From Octopus bimaculoides (lineage: Eukaryota), in contig NC_068986.1 of NCBI RefSeq assembly GCF_001194135.2, positions 84,240,489 to 84,291,996 on the forward strand: 51,508 nt of DNA, given 5' to 3'. A program made the translations under genes and the position numbers. A model generated the notes under the pieces. That model was not told the DNA's origin and searched no databases. It saw only the letters and a list, made by a program, of their open reading frames with translations. This document shows, in pieces, positions 24,872 to 37,872 of this stretch. Every line of letters starts with the position of its first letter. Position 1 is the stretch's first letter.

Positions 24872-25690
24872 NNNNNNNNNNNNNNNNNNNNNNNNNNNNN
24901 NNNNNNNNNNNNNNNNNNNNNNNNNNNNNNNNNNNNNNNNNNNNNNNNNNNNNNNNNNNNNNNNNNNNNNNNNNNNNNNNNNNNNNNNNNNNNNNNNNNN
25001 NNNNNNNNNNNNNNNNNNNNNNNNNNNNNNNNNNNNNNNNNNNNNNNNNNNNNNNNNNNNNNNNNNNNNNNNNNNNNNNNNNNNNNNNNNNNNNNNNNNN
25101 NNNNNNNNNNNNNNNNNNNNNNNNNNNNNNNNNNNNNNNNNNNNNNNNNNNNNNNNNNNNNNNNNNNNNNNNNNNNNNNNNNNNNNNNNNNNNNNNNNNN
25201 NNNNNNNNNNNNNNNNNNNNNNNNNNNNNNNNNNNNNNNNNNNNNNNNNNNNNNNNNNNNNNNNNNNNNNNNNNNNNNNNNNNNNNNNNNNNNNNNNNNN
25301 NNNNNNNNNNNNNNNNNNNNNNNNNNNNNNNNNNNNNNNNNNNNNNNNNNNNNNNNNNNNNNNNNNNNNNNNNNNNNNNNNNNNNNNNNNNNNNNNNNNN
25401 NNNNNNNNNNNNNNNNNNNNNNNNNNNNNNNNNNNNNNNNNNNNNNNNNNNNNNNNNNNNNNNNNNNNNNNNNNNNNNNNNNNNNNNNNNNNNNNNNNNN
25501 NNNNNNNNNNNNNNNNNNNNNNNNNNNNNNNNNNNNNNNNNNNNNNNNNNNNNNNNNNNNNNNNNNNNNNNNNNNNNNNNNNNNNNNNNNNNNNNNNNNN
25601 NNNNNNNNNNNNNNNNNNNNNNNNNNNNNNNNNNNNNNNNNNNNNNNNNNNNNNNNNNNNNNNNNNNNNNNNNNNNNNNNNNNNNNNNNN

Positions 25691-25768
<78 letters not shown>

Positions 25769-26596
25769 ACACACACACACACGCATAGATACACATATAA
25801 AATGGAAAGGGGGATTAAATATCTAGACGAATACTTAATAAGCGCTCTGCAGGGTTCAAACTTGGGTAAATAAATTATCCAGTGAAAGCCATTTGTAATC
25901 AACATCGGTCGTAAAATTACTTTCCGCTACCAGTCAAATTGTAAATCCATAATCCAAACACCGACTATATTTAATAGAAGGCCACAAAGAGTTGTAGAAA
26001 ATCACAAAACAATGGAGAATTATACATTCTTCAGTCAGCTTACAAACATTTCGGATAGATAGATTCTAAAATTCTGAATGAATCCCATGTTTCATCGTCA
26101 AAGATTCTATAGAGACATGGAAATTAAACACAATCATATCCCTATCAAAGCTATACCATACTGCTTGATAGTTTTGATAGGGATAGTATGTTGTTTAACT
26201 TCTCTATCGCAGTGGAATCTTAGTCGAATAAATACGGAATCAATTAGTATGAATGATTACTGCATCACAGTATGTTCGGATCTACCAATCTATTTGAAAC
26301 ATGCATAAGCTGATTGAAGAATTATAATTCTCAATACTTTTGTGTTTTTCTACACACACACACACAGCCCATCCCCTCGTCACATGCACATGCATATATA
26401 TTTGCATGTATGTTGTATGTATGCATATATTCATATACACACATATAGTTAAGAAGCTCGTATTGCAATCACGTTTAAGGTTTATGGAAACATCACTTCT
26501 TGTACTCTACGGTAGATAGCTCCCCTATAGTATATCTTTTGGGATCCTACCACCTCATATATGATATATCGCACATGGTCCAGTCACCAGAGTCAT

Positions 26597-26639
<43 letters not shown>

Positions 26640-26643
<4 letters not shown>

Positions 26644-27290
26644 AGAGTTTAGGGTTCAGTCCTAACGCGCGGCCACATGGGCAAGCGTTTTCCATCAGCC
26701 CCCGGGACAACCAATGCCTTGAGAGTGAATTTCGTAGTCAGAAACTGTGTGCGATATCGTCGTGTATGTGTGGCTTTAAGGGAATCGCGAAAGACCTAGT
26801 TAGAGGCCCCGAAATTTTGAATACTTTTACAGGGCTTAGAAAAACTGAAGGACCGCTGCAATAAGTGCGTGAATCTGAGAAGGGTATATGTTGAATAAAA
26901 TCAGAATTGACTGATCCTCTGGTATTTTCTTTTACTCAAAGCCAGGAACTTTCTAACAAACCCCGTGTATATGTATATATGTGTGTGTGTGTGTGTGCAC
27001 GCGCTCGTGGGATGTATGTGTATCTGTGTGTGTGTATGAGTGTGTGTGTGTTTGCATATGTGTGGGTGTGTATTTGTTCGTATTTGTGTTTGTCCCCACT
27101 TGAGCTTCGTATTCAGTGTTTGTTTCTTTATCTCCTAACTTAGCTGTTCAGCAAAAGAAATCGATAGAATAAGTTCTAAACTTTTAAATATATGTATGGG
27201 GTCGAACAGTTCGACTAAAGCCTTCAAAGTGGTGCGTCAGATGGCAACAGTGAAATGTCTGAAATACGTAAGGGGTAAAAGATGAAAGAT
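26640..27290 (+). mobile_element. SINE family D interrupted by a mariner fragment and an expanded (TG)n
   Basis: 5' half at 26640-26770 and 3' half at 27080-27290 match the family D copy at 21091. Confidence 0.75.
26780..26967 (+). mobile_element. Mariner right end (transposase C-terminus + TIR + TA)
   Basis: LQGLEKLKDRCNKCVNLRRVYVE* is a mariner-type C-terminus, then ..gccaggaactttctaacaaaccccgtg|TA. Confidence 0.85.
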
Positions 27291-27305
27291 ATTTACTCGC
27301 ACCTA

Positions 27306-27762
27306 CACACATACACACATTCTTTTTTTACAAGTTTCAGCTCGAGAGCTGCGGGCATAAATATATATATCCAGTCATTGGAGTGAAGCCATGTTAGGGC
27401 ACAACATTGAAGGGTTTCATTTGAATAAATCGACCCCAGAACTTATCTCTTTTACTGAACTGGTAAGTTATGGGGACACAAACAAAGCAACACCTGTTAT
27501 AAAGCGGTGGTGTGGGGTGAACCACAATCACACGTACACACACTCACACATACACACATTCTTTTTTTACAAGTTTCAGCTCGAGAGCTGCGGGCATAAA
27601 TATATATATCCAGTCATTGGAGTGAAGCCATGTTAGGGCACAACATTGAAGGGTTTCATTTGAATAAATCGACCCCAGAACTTATCTCTTTTACTGAACT
27701 GGTAAGTTATGGGGACACAAACAAAGCAACACCTGTTATAAAGCGGTGGTGTGGGGTGAACC
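27306..27762. repeat. Apparently identical 218 bp tandem duplication (period 239) of a minus-strand SINE fragment, abutting a gap
   Basis: 27306-27523 equals 27545-27762; the ORF track shows the same peptide starting at 27391 and 27630. Confidence 0.95.
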
Positions 27763-28546
27763 NNNNNNNNNNNNNNNNNNNNNNNNNNNNNNNNNNNNNN
27801 NNNNNNNNNNNNNNNNNNNNNNNNNNNNNNNNNNNNNNNNNNNNNNNNNNNNNNNNNNNNNNNNNNNNNNNNNNNNNNNNNNNNNNNNNNNNNNNNNNNN
27901 NNNNNNNNNNNNNNNNNNNNNNNNNNNNNNNNNNNNNNNNNNNNNNNNNNNNNNNNNNNNNNNNNNNNNNNNNNNNNNNNNNNNNNNNNNNNNNNNNNNN
28001 NNNNNNNNNNNNNNNNNNNNNNNNNNNNNNNNNNNNNNNNNNNNNNNNNNNNNNNNNNNNNNNNNNNNNNNNNNNNNNNNNNNNNNNNNNNNNNNNNNNN
28101 NNNNNNNNNNNNNNNNNNNNNNNNNNNNNNNNNNNNNNNNNNNNNNNNNNNNNNNNNNNNNNNNNNNNNNNNNNNNNNNNNNNNNNNNNNNNNNNNNNNN
28201 NNNNNNNNNNNNNNNNNNNNNNNNNNNNNNNNNNNNNNNNNNNNNNNNNNNNNNNNNNNNNNNNNNNNNNNNNNNNNNNNNNNNNNNNNNNNNNNNNNNN
28301 NNNNNNNNNNNNNNNNNNNNNNNNNNNNNNNNNNNNNNNNNNNNNNNNNNNNNNNNNNNNNNNNNNNNNNNNNNNNNNNNNNNNNNNNNNNNNNNNNNNN
28401 NNNNNNNNNNNNNNNNNNNNNNNNNNNNNNNNNNNNNNNNNNNNNNNNNNNNNNNNNNNNNNNNNNNNNNNNNNNNNNNNNNNNNNNNNNNNNNNNNNNN
28501 NNNNNNNNNNNNNNNNNNNNNNNNNNNNNNNNNNNNNNNNNNNNNC

Positions 28547-29247
28547 GGATTTCACGGGAGGGCTGCAATCAGAAAACCACTACTTTCAAAAACAAACGTT
28601 GCAAAGCGTTTAGAGTGGAGTAAAAACCTACAGAATTGGTCCATAGAGCAGTGGAAGAATGTTATTTTCTCGGACAAGTCATCCTTTACCTTATTTCCGA
28701 CCACCGGCCGAGTATACGTGTGGAGACAGCCAAAAGAAGCATTTGGCCCAGATTGCCTTCTTCCAACTGTTAAACATGGAGGAGGATCTGTGATGATCTG
28801 GCAGGGTGGGGAAGGTATATCTTGGAAAGCCGCCAGCCCAACAGTTTCCCTTCATGGTAGAATTAATAGTCAAGACTATTTAATCATTTTATCTGATCAA
28901 ATTTATTCTATGTTTGCAGAACTGTTTCCGGAGGGAAACGCAATCTTTCAGGATGATAATGCACCAGCTTGTTACTGAATAGCACGAGGAACATTCTAGT
29001 GAAGTTAAACATCTTATCTGGCCACCACAGTCCCCAGATCTCAATACTACTGAACATTTATGGTGCATTTTAGAAAAAACAAGGAGCTGATATCCTCCAG
29101 CATCATCACTACAAGAACTGTAGACTGTTTTAGCTGAAGGCTGGACAAAAATTCCCTTGGAACAATACAATTCAAACTTTGTACGAGTCCATACTTCATA
29201 GAATTCAAGCTATAATTACTGCCAAAGGCGGTCCTATCAAATATTAA
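28547..29247 (+). mobile_element. Tc1-family (DD34E) transposase pseudogene, catalytic domain
   Basis: RKPLLSKTNVAKRLEW..VIFSDKS..VKHGGGSVMIW..FQDDNAP, then after a deletion and stop WPPQSPDLNTTEHLW..AKGGPIKY*; gaps on both sides so TIRs are not visible. Confidence 0.95.
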
Positions 29248-30104
29248 AGNNNNNNNNNNNNNNNNNNNNNNNNNNNNNNNNNNNNNNNNNNNNNNNNNNN
29301 NNNNNNNNNNNNNNNNNNNNNNNNNNNNNNNNNNNNNNNNNNNNNNNNNNNNNNNNNNNNNNNNNNNNNNNNNNNNNNNNNNNNNNNNNNNNNNNNNNNN
29401 NNNNNNNNNNNNNNNNNNNNNNNNNNNNNNNNNNNNNNNNNNNNNNNNNNNNNNNNNNNNNNNNNNNNNNNNNNNNNNNNNNNNNNNNNNNNNNNNNNNN
29501 NNNNNNNNNNNNNNNNNNNNNNNNNNNNNNNNNNNNNNNNNNNNNNNNNNNNNNNNNNNNNNNNNNNNNNNNNNNNNNNNNNNNNNNNNNNNNNNNNNNN
29601 NNNNNNNNNNNNNNNNNNNNNNNNNNNNNNNNNNNNNNNNNNNNNNNNNNNNNNNNNNNNNNNNNNNNNNNNNNNNNNNNNNNNNNNNNNNNNNNNNNNN
29701 NNNNNNNNNNNNNNNNNNNNNNNNNNNNNNNNNNNNNNNNNNNNNNNNNNNNNNNNNNNNNNNNNNNNNNNNNNNNNNNNNNNNNNNNNNNNNNNNNNNN
29801 NNNNNNNNNNNNNNNNNNNNNNNNNNNNNNNNNNNNNNNNNNNNNNNNNNNNNNNNNNNNNNNNNNNNNNNNNNNNNNNNNNNNNNNNNNNNNNNNNNNN
29901 NNNNNNNNNNNNNNNNNNNNNNNNNNNNNNNNNNNNNNNNNNNNNNNNNNNNNNNNNNNNNNNNNNNNNNNNNNNNNNNNNNNNNNNNNNNNNNNNNNNN
30001 NNNNNNNNNNNNNNNNNNNNNNNNNNNNNNNNNNNNNNNNNNNNNNNNNNNNNNNNNNNNNNNNNNNNNNNNNNNNNNNNNNNNNNNNNNNNNNNNNNNN
30101 NNNN

Positions 30105-30156
<52 letters not shown>

Positions 30157-30169
30157 GTATGCATGTATG

Positions 30170-30200
<31 letters not shown>

Positions 30201-30409
30201 TCTTTATTATATCCACCATGTACCTACATCCATACCACCTGAACTCCCTAATATCCTCCATACCATTTTACCTCTCTCACACTACGCATTCTTCTCTCAT
30301 TACCTTTTATAGTGATACTATCTATATTCTCGATAATGAACATCTGTGACGCACATCTGGTGAATGCTTTTTCACTTACTTCTGCCCTGTTTGTTACGGT
30401 CAAGGTGAT

Positions 30410-30920
30410 TGTAATGGTAGTGGTGGTAGTAATGGTAAAGGTGGTAGTGTGAGTAATAGTGATGAAGGCGATAGCAGAAGCAGGGATGGTGGAGGTGGTG
30501 GTGAAGGAACTTGTACTAATGGTCATGATAGTGACGGTGACAGTGATGCTGGTGTGTGAGTGGTAGAGGTGATTATACCGGTGATGGTAGAGGAGATAGT
30601 CGTGGTGGTTGTAGTGACAGTGGTAGTGGTGATGTCTGCAGTAGTAATGATGGTAGTGGTAGCGGTAGTGGTGGAGGTGGTTTTGCAGAAATGTACGTGA
30701 TGGTAGCTTTGATGATGATAATGATGATTAGTGGGCAGTGGTGGTGATGGTGGTGAAAATAGTGGTGGATTTGGTGGTGGTGATTATTGTGTTAATGGTG
30801 GTAGTGGTCTCTCTAATAATGATAATGATTATTATAGAAGTAATTGTCATGGTCATGGCGACAGTAATGTTGTTGCTGGTGGTGGTGATGGTGATAGTGG
30901 TAGATCAATGTTGCAGTTAG
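30410..30920. repeat. Degenerate (GGT/GAT/AGT)n low-complexity tract
   Basis: Directly visible. Confidence 0.85.
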
Positions 30921-31124
30921 TAGAATAACTGGTAGAATTTGTAGAACAGCCAGTGTAACTAGTAAAATAGCTCACAAAGCTGGTAGAGTAGTTACCAAAT
31001 TTGGTAGAATTGCAGTGATCAATTCAGATTGGAGATAGAAACTGTTAATTTTTTTATTCCATGGCGAAAGCCTCAGTCAAAATTTTTAGTCTGTATATTA
31101 TCTCGTGTCACACCCTTAACAATA

Positions 31125-31684
31125 CAGTAATACCTTACTTTACGAGTACCCTCTTAACGAGACCCCGGGTTTACGAGTTTTACTTTGTAATAAATATAAA
31201 AAGGTTAAGCACAAGATCCAAATTTCGAACGAAGTGCAAAAGTTTCTGCTATCATAACAAATGCTTCTGCGTGTTACCGAGAAACTTATAGAGAGCGAAA
31301 GAAAGCCTCGAAGCAAACAAATCTAGAATTGTTTTTTAAAAAGAAATCTAGAAATCCGTTCACGAGTGCTTGTGAATCGGCGATTGCGTCTACAAGTGAT
31401 GGTGTTCGCGAGTCTAGTGCAAGTGAAAGTGATTCAGAAAACGATTATAATAATAATATTTCTTGTTAAAAATGATCTTGACATTCTTTTTATTTTACAC
31501 AACATATTCTTTACATTCTACTGTTGTTTTATTGCCACTTATTTACGAGTATTATGAATTTTATTGGTAAAATATTTTGTGGAGAACGAATTGCTAGTAT
31601 GAAAAATTATTGCTCTGTTTTACTAGTTTTCGCTTTATGGGCGACCTCCAGGAACAAATTAACTCGCACATCGCAGCATTAGTG
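31125..31684. mobile_element. Possible pogo/Tigger-like non-autonomous element
   Basis: Left end TA|CAGTAATACCTTACTTTACGAG; right end ggaacaaattaactcg..cattagtg is only a degenerate reverse complement. Confidence 0.45.
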
Positions 31685-31811
31685 CAAGACAGGGGGATTC
31701 TTTTTTCTGCTGGTCTTGGTTACAGTTACCCCTTCGCATATTGGTGGTAACAGCGTTTAAGGTAGAGACTTTAAGAGTGAAGGGAGGTGAAGGGAGGTGA
31801 AGGGAGGTGAA

Positions 31812-32105
31812 GGCGCGTGGCTTAGTGGTTAGGGCATTCGGCTCACGATCGTAAGGTCGTGAGTTCAATTACCGGCGACGTGTTGAGTCCTTGAGCAAGA
31901 CACTTTATTTCACGTTGCTCCAGTCCACTCAGCTGGCAAAAATGAGTAGTACCTGTATTTCAAAGGGACCAGTCTTGTTACACTCTGTGTCACGCTGAAT
32001 CTCCCTGAGAGCTACGTTAAGGGCACACGTGTCTGTGGAGTGCTCAGCCACTTGCACGTTAATTTCACGAGCAGGCTGTTCCGTTGATCGTATCAGCTGG
32101 GACCC
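31812..32105 (+). mobile_element. Full-length tRNA-derived SINE (family A)
   Basis: ggcgcgtggcttagtggttaggg (A-box) and gagttcaattacc (B-box), central gtccttgagcaagacac..ccactcagctgg domain, 3' half shared with 10476-10665; preceded by three copies of gaagggaggt. Confidence 0.92.
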
Positions 32106-32555
32106 TTTTTTTAAGATGAAAATAACTGATCACAAATGCAGTTGTCAATGCGTAATTGAAATCACGGTCTGAATTTTGCAATGATATTGAATTATTTATT
32201 TTCAGTGGATTGTTTCATTATTTATTTCTTGTGGTGATGATGGTATTAATGTTTGTAGTAACAACAGTGAGAATTGTAATAATTGTAAATCCTGAGGTGA
32301 TAGTACTGGTGCTGGTGATGATAGTTGTGTGGTGGCAGAATCGACTGAGGGCCGAGATTCTCCACCCAAATATACAACCATAATGATTTATTTATCACTA
32401 CTTTAACATGTAAAAGAATATTTGTGGTTGATAAGGTCAGAATAATACCGAAATATTCCTGAAGTCGTCTTCTGTACATGCCTCAAAATATTATTTGACA
32501 AATAATGATTTTTCCCTAACTAAATATTTTATTTCCAGTTATTTAAAAAATGTTC

Positions 32556-32630
32556 TTAACACTAAGCTATTTACAGTGCATATATTAACACTAAGCTATT
32601 TACAGTGCATATATTAACACTAAGCTATTT
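32556..32630. repeat. 29 bp minisatellite, 2.6 copies
   Basis: ttaacactaagctatttacagtgcatata starts at 32556, 32585 and 32614. Confidence 0.95.
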
Positions 32631-33805
32631 TTCATGTTGGATGTGCCTTCAAATTATCTAATTTCTAATTAATAATTTTGCTTCCTTGCAGAAACCAGTG
32701 TACATTCTTGTAGAAGGTTTTAGTAATTCTGTAATCTCTATTTCAGCAAGTACGTTGAAGTCAATGCTTAGCTGAAGAGATCATAATAAGAACCAACTAT
32801 GTCGAAGTTGGCTCCGTACTTGCCAAAAATATAGGGGAAAATGATATTAAATAAAACTATTCAATTATTAATTGACTAACTAGTGATTAGATAATTACTA
32901 ATTATCCAATTACTAACTGACTAATAAGTAATTTAATTATTTTCCTCGACGCATATTTATATCAGATTAGCTTTTTATAACTCCCTGTATAAAATATTTG
33001 AAAGCTAACGTAGTTGCTTTTCATGCTAATGGTATTTCTGAATAACTTTTCAGTTAAGAATTTTACTTTCTCTAGTTTGATAAACGATAATTTTAAAGAA
33101 GAAATCAAGCGCATTATCTCAAATTCCAGCATTAGAATTCATGTTTGCTTTGATGAGGCTACAATTCTTCGTACATGGTAGCATGGAGATGGCAACGGTC
33201 AAATTGGCTGCTATCAAAGACAGAATGATTGAAGAGGGCAGGTGTGTGTGACGTGGATGAAATACAGAAGGTTGATATACGATATGGCATTTAATTATAG
33301 CTGAATAGAATTTACGGCAACTGAAGGTGGTATCGGGTGGTGGCCGCGTGCCGTAAATTGGGGTCACGTGTGTTTGTACAGGGATTACGCTGAAATGGAA
33401 AAGTTATGTTTTTTTTTTTTTTTTTTTTTTGTAATTTGGTGCCAAATTACCTCAATGCTATTAACTCGAATACTTTAGTATAATGATCTTCATTGTCTGG
33501 GGAATCTTTTACTAACATTCACAGCTATATATCTTGTTCGAATTTGTTGTTACAGACCTTTTTAGACAGTCACGTGGTCGAACACATTCCAACTGAGACC
33601 AACTATTTTTTTCAGCCAGAGTATACTTAGGATTACATTGTTTAATGTGCCCAGCCGTTTTTAAGCTGCCAGAGCAAGATTTGAAGGAGAATTTTGCTGT
33701 TATTTCTGAGAAATCGGGCGATCATATAGTAGCTTTCTAGTTGTCTCACACAAGACATTCATAAAGTAATAAGTGAAGTGCTGGTATATTTTTGATTGGA
33801 TCTAC

Positions 33806-34077
33806 CTCAATATATTACTGGTACGTGGTTTATTAAGACCTTTGAGATAACAGATAAAGTCGGATTTGAATTCAGAAGGTAAACTTTTAAGTAACAGGTT
33901 CTGATATAATGGATGTTCTAAGATGACTTGATAGGGTGTGGGGATGAGGTAAATGCCCATGGTCATTTCGATTCCATGTTCGAGCAAATTTTCTTCATTA
34001 ATATTGACAATACCCTTCACAGAAACATGAATGTCATATAATCCCAGTAGCTTATCGGCTATGTGTTTTCCTTCAGT
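33806..34077 (-). CDS. Candidate internal coding exon of an unidentified gene
   Basis: The open frame starts exactly at ttatgcctttcttag| and reads TEGKHIADKLLGLYDIHVSVKGIVNINEENLLEHGIEMTMGIYLIPTPYQVILEHPLYQNLLLKSLPSEFKSDFICYLKGLNKPRTSNIL, ending at GAG|gtagat just before an in-frame stop; unique sequence; no family recognised. Confidence 0.45.
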
Positions 34078-34494
34078 CTAAGAAAGGCATAATGGAAATA
34101 CATTGCTCAATGTAATAATTGTTATAATGTACCTCAGTACATACCTATAGGTATTTTAGCCAACATATAGCAACGTTACTATATTTGGAGTTTCGTTATT
34201 AGCTGCTGAGAAAACTCTATGCAGAGTTGAATTGTTAAAATCTAAGCTGTTTTAACAGCTTAAATTTTAACAATTCAGCATTCCGACGATGACAATTTTA
34301 TCAATTTCAGCATTATTTCGATAAACAATTGCTGCTTATTACAAATCGCACAAATCATCATTTGATTTGAGAGGTGAAACCGAGAATAACCGTGAAACGT
34401 TAACAAATTAAACTCAAACACATTCAGGTATTCAACATATCACACACACACAAACGTGCAAACTTTCACAAACAAAGAACCCCACATATATATG

Positions 34495-34547
<53 letters not shown>

Positions 34548-34979
34548 ACACACACATAACCGAAAAACCGGAAAGAGATCGAACCGATGTGGGTGTCTGA
34601 TTGTAGATATTCAGTTGACTAGAAATAGCATCAAAATTCCATCAACTCACACCCTTTAAAATGTGACTTTTAAAAAAGGATACAGTGGACAATGTAGTGA
34701 TAAATAAATAAATAAGAAGGCATGATCAATGCCTCTGACTGTAAGTATGCTCAATTATCAGGGCTGACCTGGCGCGAAACATCAACAACTCAAAAACGGA
34801 AATTAATCTGGTTAAATCCATCATGCAGCATAGGTGTAGGAGCCAATGTTACTAGAAATTTTCATTCCCCAGTAAAATTACATTTCCCAAACGCGCACCA
34901 ATACAACTGACAATTAAGCACCAATAAAGTTAAAATACGTTAGGTATTGCTTCACAGCATTCACACTATAATTTAAGAC

Positions 34980-35600
34980 CAACACTCAGTAAGGCTCTTT
35001 TCCAGACGTAGACTTCTAAGTGCAGACAGCCCTAAACGACCGACTTAGATGAGTGTGCATCTCTGTAAGGAGATACTGGACAACTGTAACATTCTCACAC
35101 GATATCGAGAGGAATCATACGGAATTCATCGCAATAATTTTAAGGGATGATATACCTAATATATATACATTTGCTGAGGTTGAGGAGTAAAATAACTCCC
35201 CTTGCTGGTTATCAGTTCGTTTTGGAAGCTAAGAAACAGTTTATGTATAAGTAAGAGCGTCACATAATCTGGAATGTTGAGAAGGACCAACCCATACATT
35301 TAAAGGGATAAAAGTTGTGGATTATTTGTGATTGAAGCGTTCCAGAAGCTGAATTAGCCGGTGATATCGCCGAATAAAAGTTCCGAGATACTGTCTATCT
35401 GCCAACATCAGACACAAGTACTTTCGGAGAACTTCATTCTATCTGGAGAACTCACTGAATTTGTACAACTTGCGAAAGTCTAAATACCATGGAAAATGCA
35501 GTATATCATACTGTAAGAACTTAAGGTCAAGCCAGAATGCTCTTTCTTACAAAGCAACAACCAGCTGGCATCAACAGAATCTGGTGGAGTGCAATGCAAA
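34980..35600 (+). mobile_element. Possible very old CR1/L2-like RT remnant
   Basis: Faint frameshifted resemblance to YRPISLTS..KVLEKL..YLE..L..QHG around 35380-35500. Confidence 0.25.
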
Positions 35601-35849
35601 CTATCATATTAGAACTCTCGACTAATGAGAATTGACATATCCTGCAACTTGCAACTATAAACCATCCATGTTAAACTTACCTGACTGATCGCAAGTGGTG
35701 TGATACTTTGAGTGGCAACAGAATAGACAAGATTATCAAGTGTGACATAGAATACACACACACATGTATATATATATATATATATATGCATATACGCACA
35801 AATACATACACACACATATATATATGTGTGTGTATCACTACATTTTCCA

Positions 35850-35962
<113 letters not shown>

Positions 35963-36544
35963 AAGACTTTCATAGTGATAAATCTTTCTAGAATTGAAGC
36001 ATTCCACAATTCTTCAGTTGGCTAACCACCCTTCTTTTCTTTTCATCTCAGTATAGCATCTAATTTATTATGAAGCTAACTCTTCACAACAGCCCCTTAG
36101 ATTCCTGATATTTACTCTTTCAGTATTATCTTACGTTGTTAAATTGAACTGTCAGAGTAAAAACTGTAAACCAACCATCTCCTTTATTATCAAAATTATC
36201 AGTTAAAAACAGTCATCATACTCAACCACAATTTGGTTATAGCTGGAATGGCTTTGATCATAAATCTACTCGATCAGGGGTGACCTGACGGCCCAATAAG
36301 AATAACAACTATAACATCGAGCTAACAGAAACAGCCTCAGTACTGGAATATGCCTAAAGTGCAACACTACATAGAATTAACCACGACATGTCAGACTGTA
36401 CATGTTAGTATAACCCTTAACAAGATGGTTCTATGGTGTGACTGGGTCCATACATGTGCGGACCCCTACTTGCTCGTTCACTCTACTAGCTGAGTCTTTT
36501 TTCAATACGGGATGACCTGAGGCTGCACAGCAATAACAATCCCG

Positions 36545-36619
<75 letters not shown>

Positions 36620-36664
36620 TTGATTTATTTCTTCCTCTCTCCTACTCCTTCTCTACATCTGTAT

Positions 36665-36802
36665 ATATTCTTTTATTATTTTACTTGCTTCAGTCATTTG
36701 ACTGCAGCGATACTGGTTCACGAACTTAAGGGGTGTTAGTCGAAGAAATCGACCCCAGTTCTTATATCTTGTAAAGTCTAGTACTTATCCTATCAGTCTC
36801 TA
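36665..36802 (-). mobile_element. SINE family D, 3' part
   Basis: Reverse complement of the tail at 16500-16630. Confidence 0.8.
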
Positions 36803-37558
36803 NNNNNNNNNNNNNNNNNNNNNNNNNNNNNNNNNNNNNNNNNNNNNNNNNNNNNNNNNNNNNNNNNNNNNNNNNNNNNNNNNNNNNNNNNNNNNNNNNN
36901 NNNNNNNNNNNNNNNNNNNNNNNNNNNNNNNNNNNNNNNNNNNNNNNNNNNNNNNNNNNNNNNNNNNNNNNNNNNNNNNNNNNNNNNNNNNNNNNNNNNN
37001 NNNNNNNNNNNNNNNNNNNNNNNNNNNNNNNNNNNNNNNNNNNNNNNNNNNNNNNNNNNNNNNNNNNNNNNNNNNNNNNNNNNNNNNNNNNNNNNNNNNN
37101 NNNNNNNNNNNNNNNNNNNNNNNNNNNNNNNNNNNNNNNNNNNNNNNNNNNNNNNNNNNNNNNNNNNNNNNNNNNNNNNNNNNNNNNNNNNNNNNNNNNN
37201 NNNNNNNNNNNNNNNNNNNNNNNNNNNNNNNNNNNNNNNNNNNNNNNNNNNNNNNNNNNNNNNNNNNNNNNNNNNNNNNNNNNNNNNNNNNNNNNNNNNN
37301 NNNNNNNNNNNNNNNNNNNNNNNNNNNNNNNNNNNNNNNNNNNNNNNNNNNNNNNNNNNNNNNNNNNNNNNNNNNNNNNNNNNNNNNNNNNNNNNNNNNN
37401 NNNNNNNNNNNNNNNNNNNNNNNNNNNNNNNNNNNNNNNNNNNNNNNNNNNNNNNNNNNNNNNNNNNNNNNNNNNNNNNNNNNNNNNNNNNNNNNNNNNN
37501 NNNNNNNNNNNNNNNNNNNNNNNNNNNNNNNNNNNNNNNNNNNNNNNNNNNNNNNNNN

Positions 37559-37618
<60 letters not shown>

Positions 37619-37808
37619 ACACATATATATATATATATACATATATACATACATATATGTGCATACATACATATATATGTGTATATAGATATGCATATAT
37701 GGGTACAGGACGTCAGAAAACGTAAACAATATGAAACACGAAAATAAAGTTGGGTACTCAAACAACGAAAGAAACAATTGGAAAACAAGACAAGTAGCAT
37801 AAAGAACG

Positions 37809-37872
37809 ATCCTTCATCTGTTGTCGGCTGTCCCTCTACTCCTTATTTCGAACATTGAACGACAATATAAGA
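37809..37872 (-). ncRNA. Non-circularly permuted hammerhead-like motif, left-arm copy (core U4A)
   Basis: Minus strand TCTTAT-A-TTGTCG-ttcaa-TGTTC-GAA-ATAAGG-15 nt-CGACAA-CAGATGA-A-GGAT. Confidence 0.5.

Noticed and set aside
25950-26130. Possible CR1-like 3' remnant (LKILNES..HRQRFYRDM)
   Set aside because: Needs several assumed frameshifts; too weak to annotate
26137-26185. 18 bp-arm hairpin tatccctatcaaa(g/a)ctat
   Set aside because: Short and isolated with no TSD; not enough to call an element or terminator
31812-31885. tRNA-like sequence (also at 10790-10861)
   Set aside because: It continues directly into a SINE body and lacks a complete cloverleaf acceptor stem; it is a SINE head, not a tRNA gene
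32556-32630. 29 bp direct repeats of CRISPR-like length
   Set aside because: Repeats are contiguous with no spacers, in a eukaryotic context with no cas genes
35290-35510. Protein-like minus-strand frame YDILHFPWYLDFRKLYKF..EVLRKYLCLMLADRQYLGTFIRR
   Set aside because: Interrupted by in-frame stops, the implied intron would be 17 nt, and the + strand may be an old LINE remnant; not called as CDS
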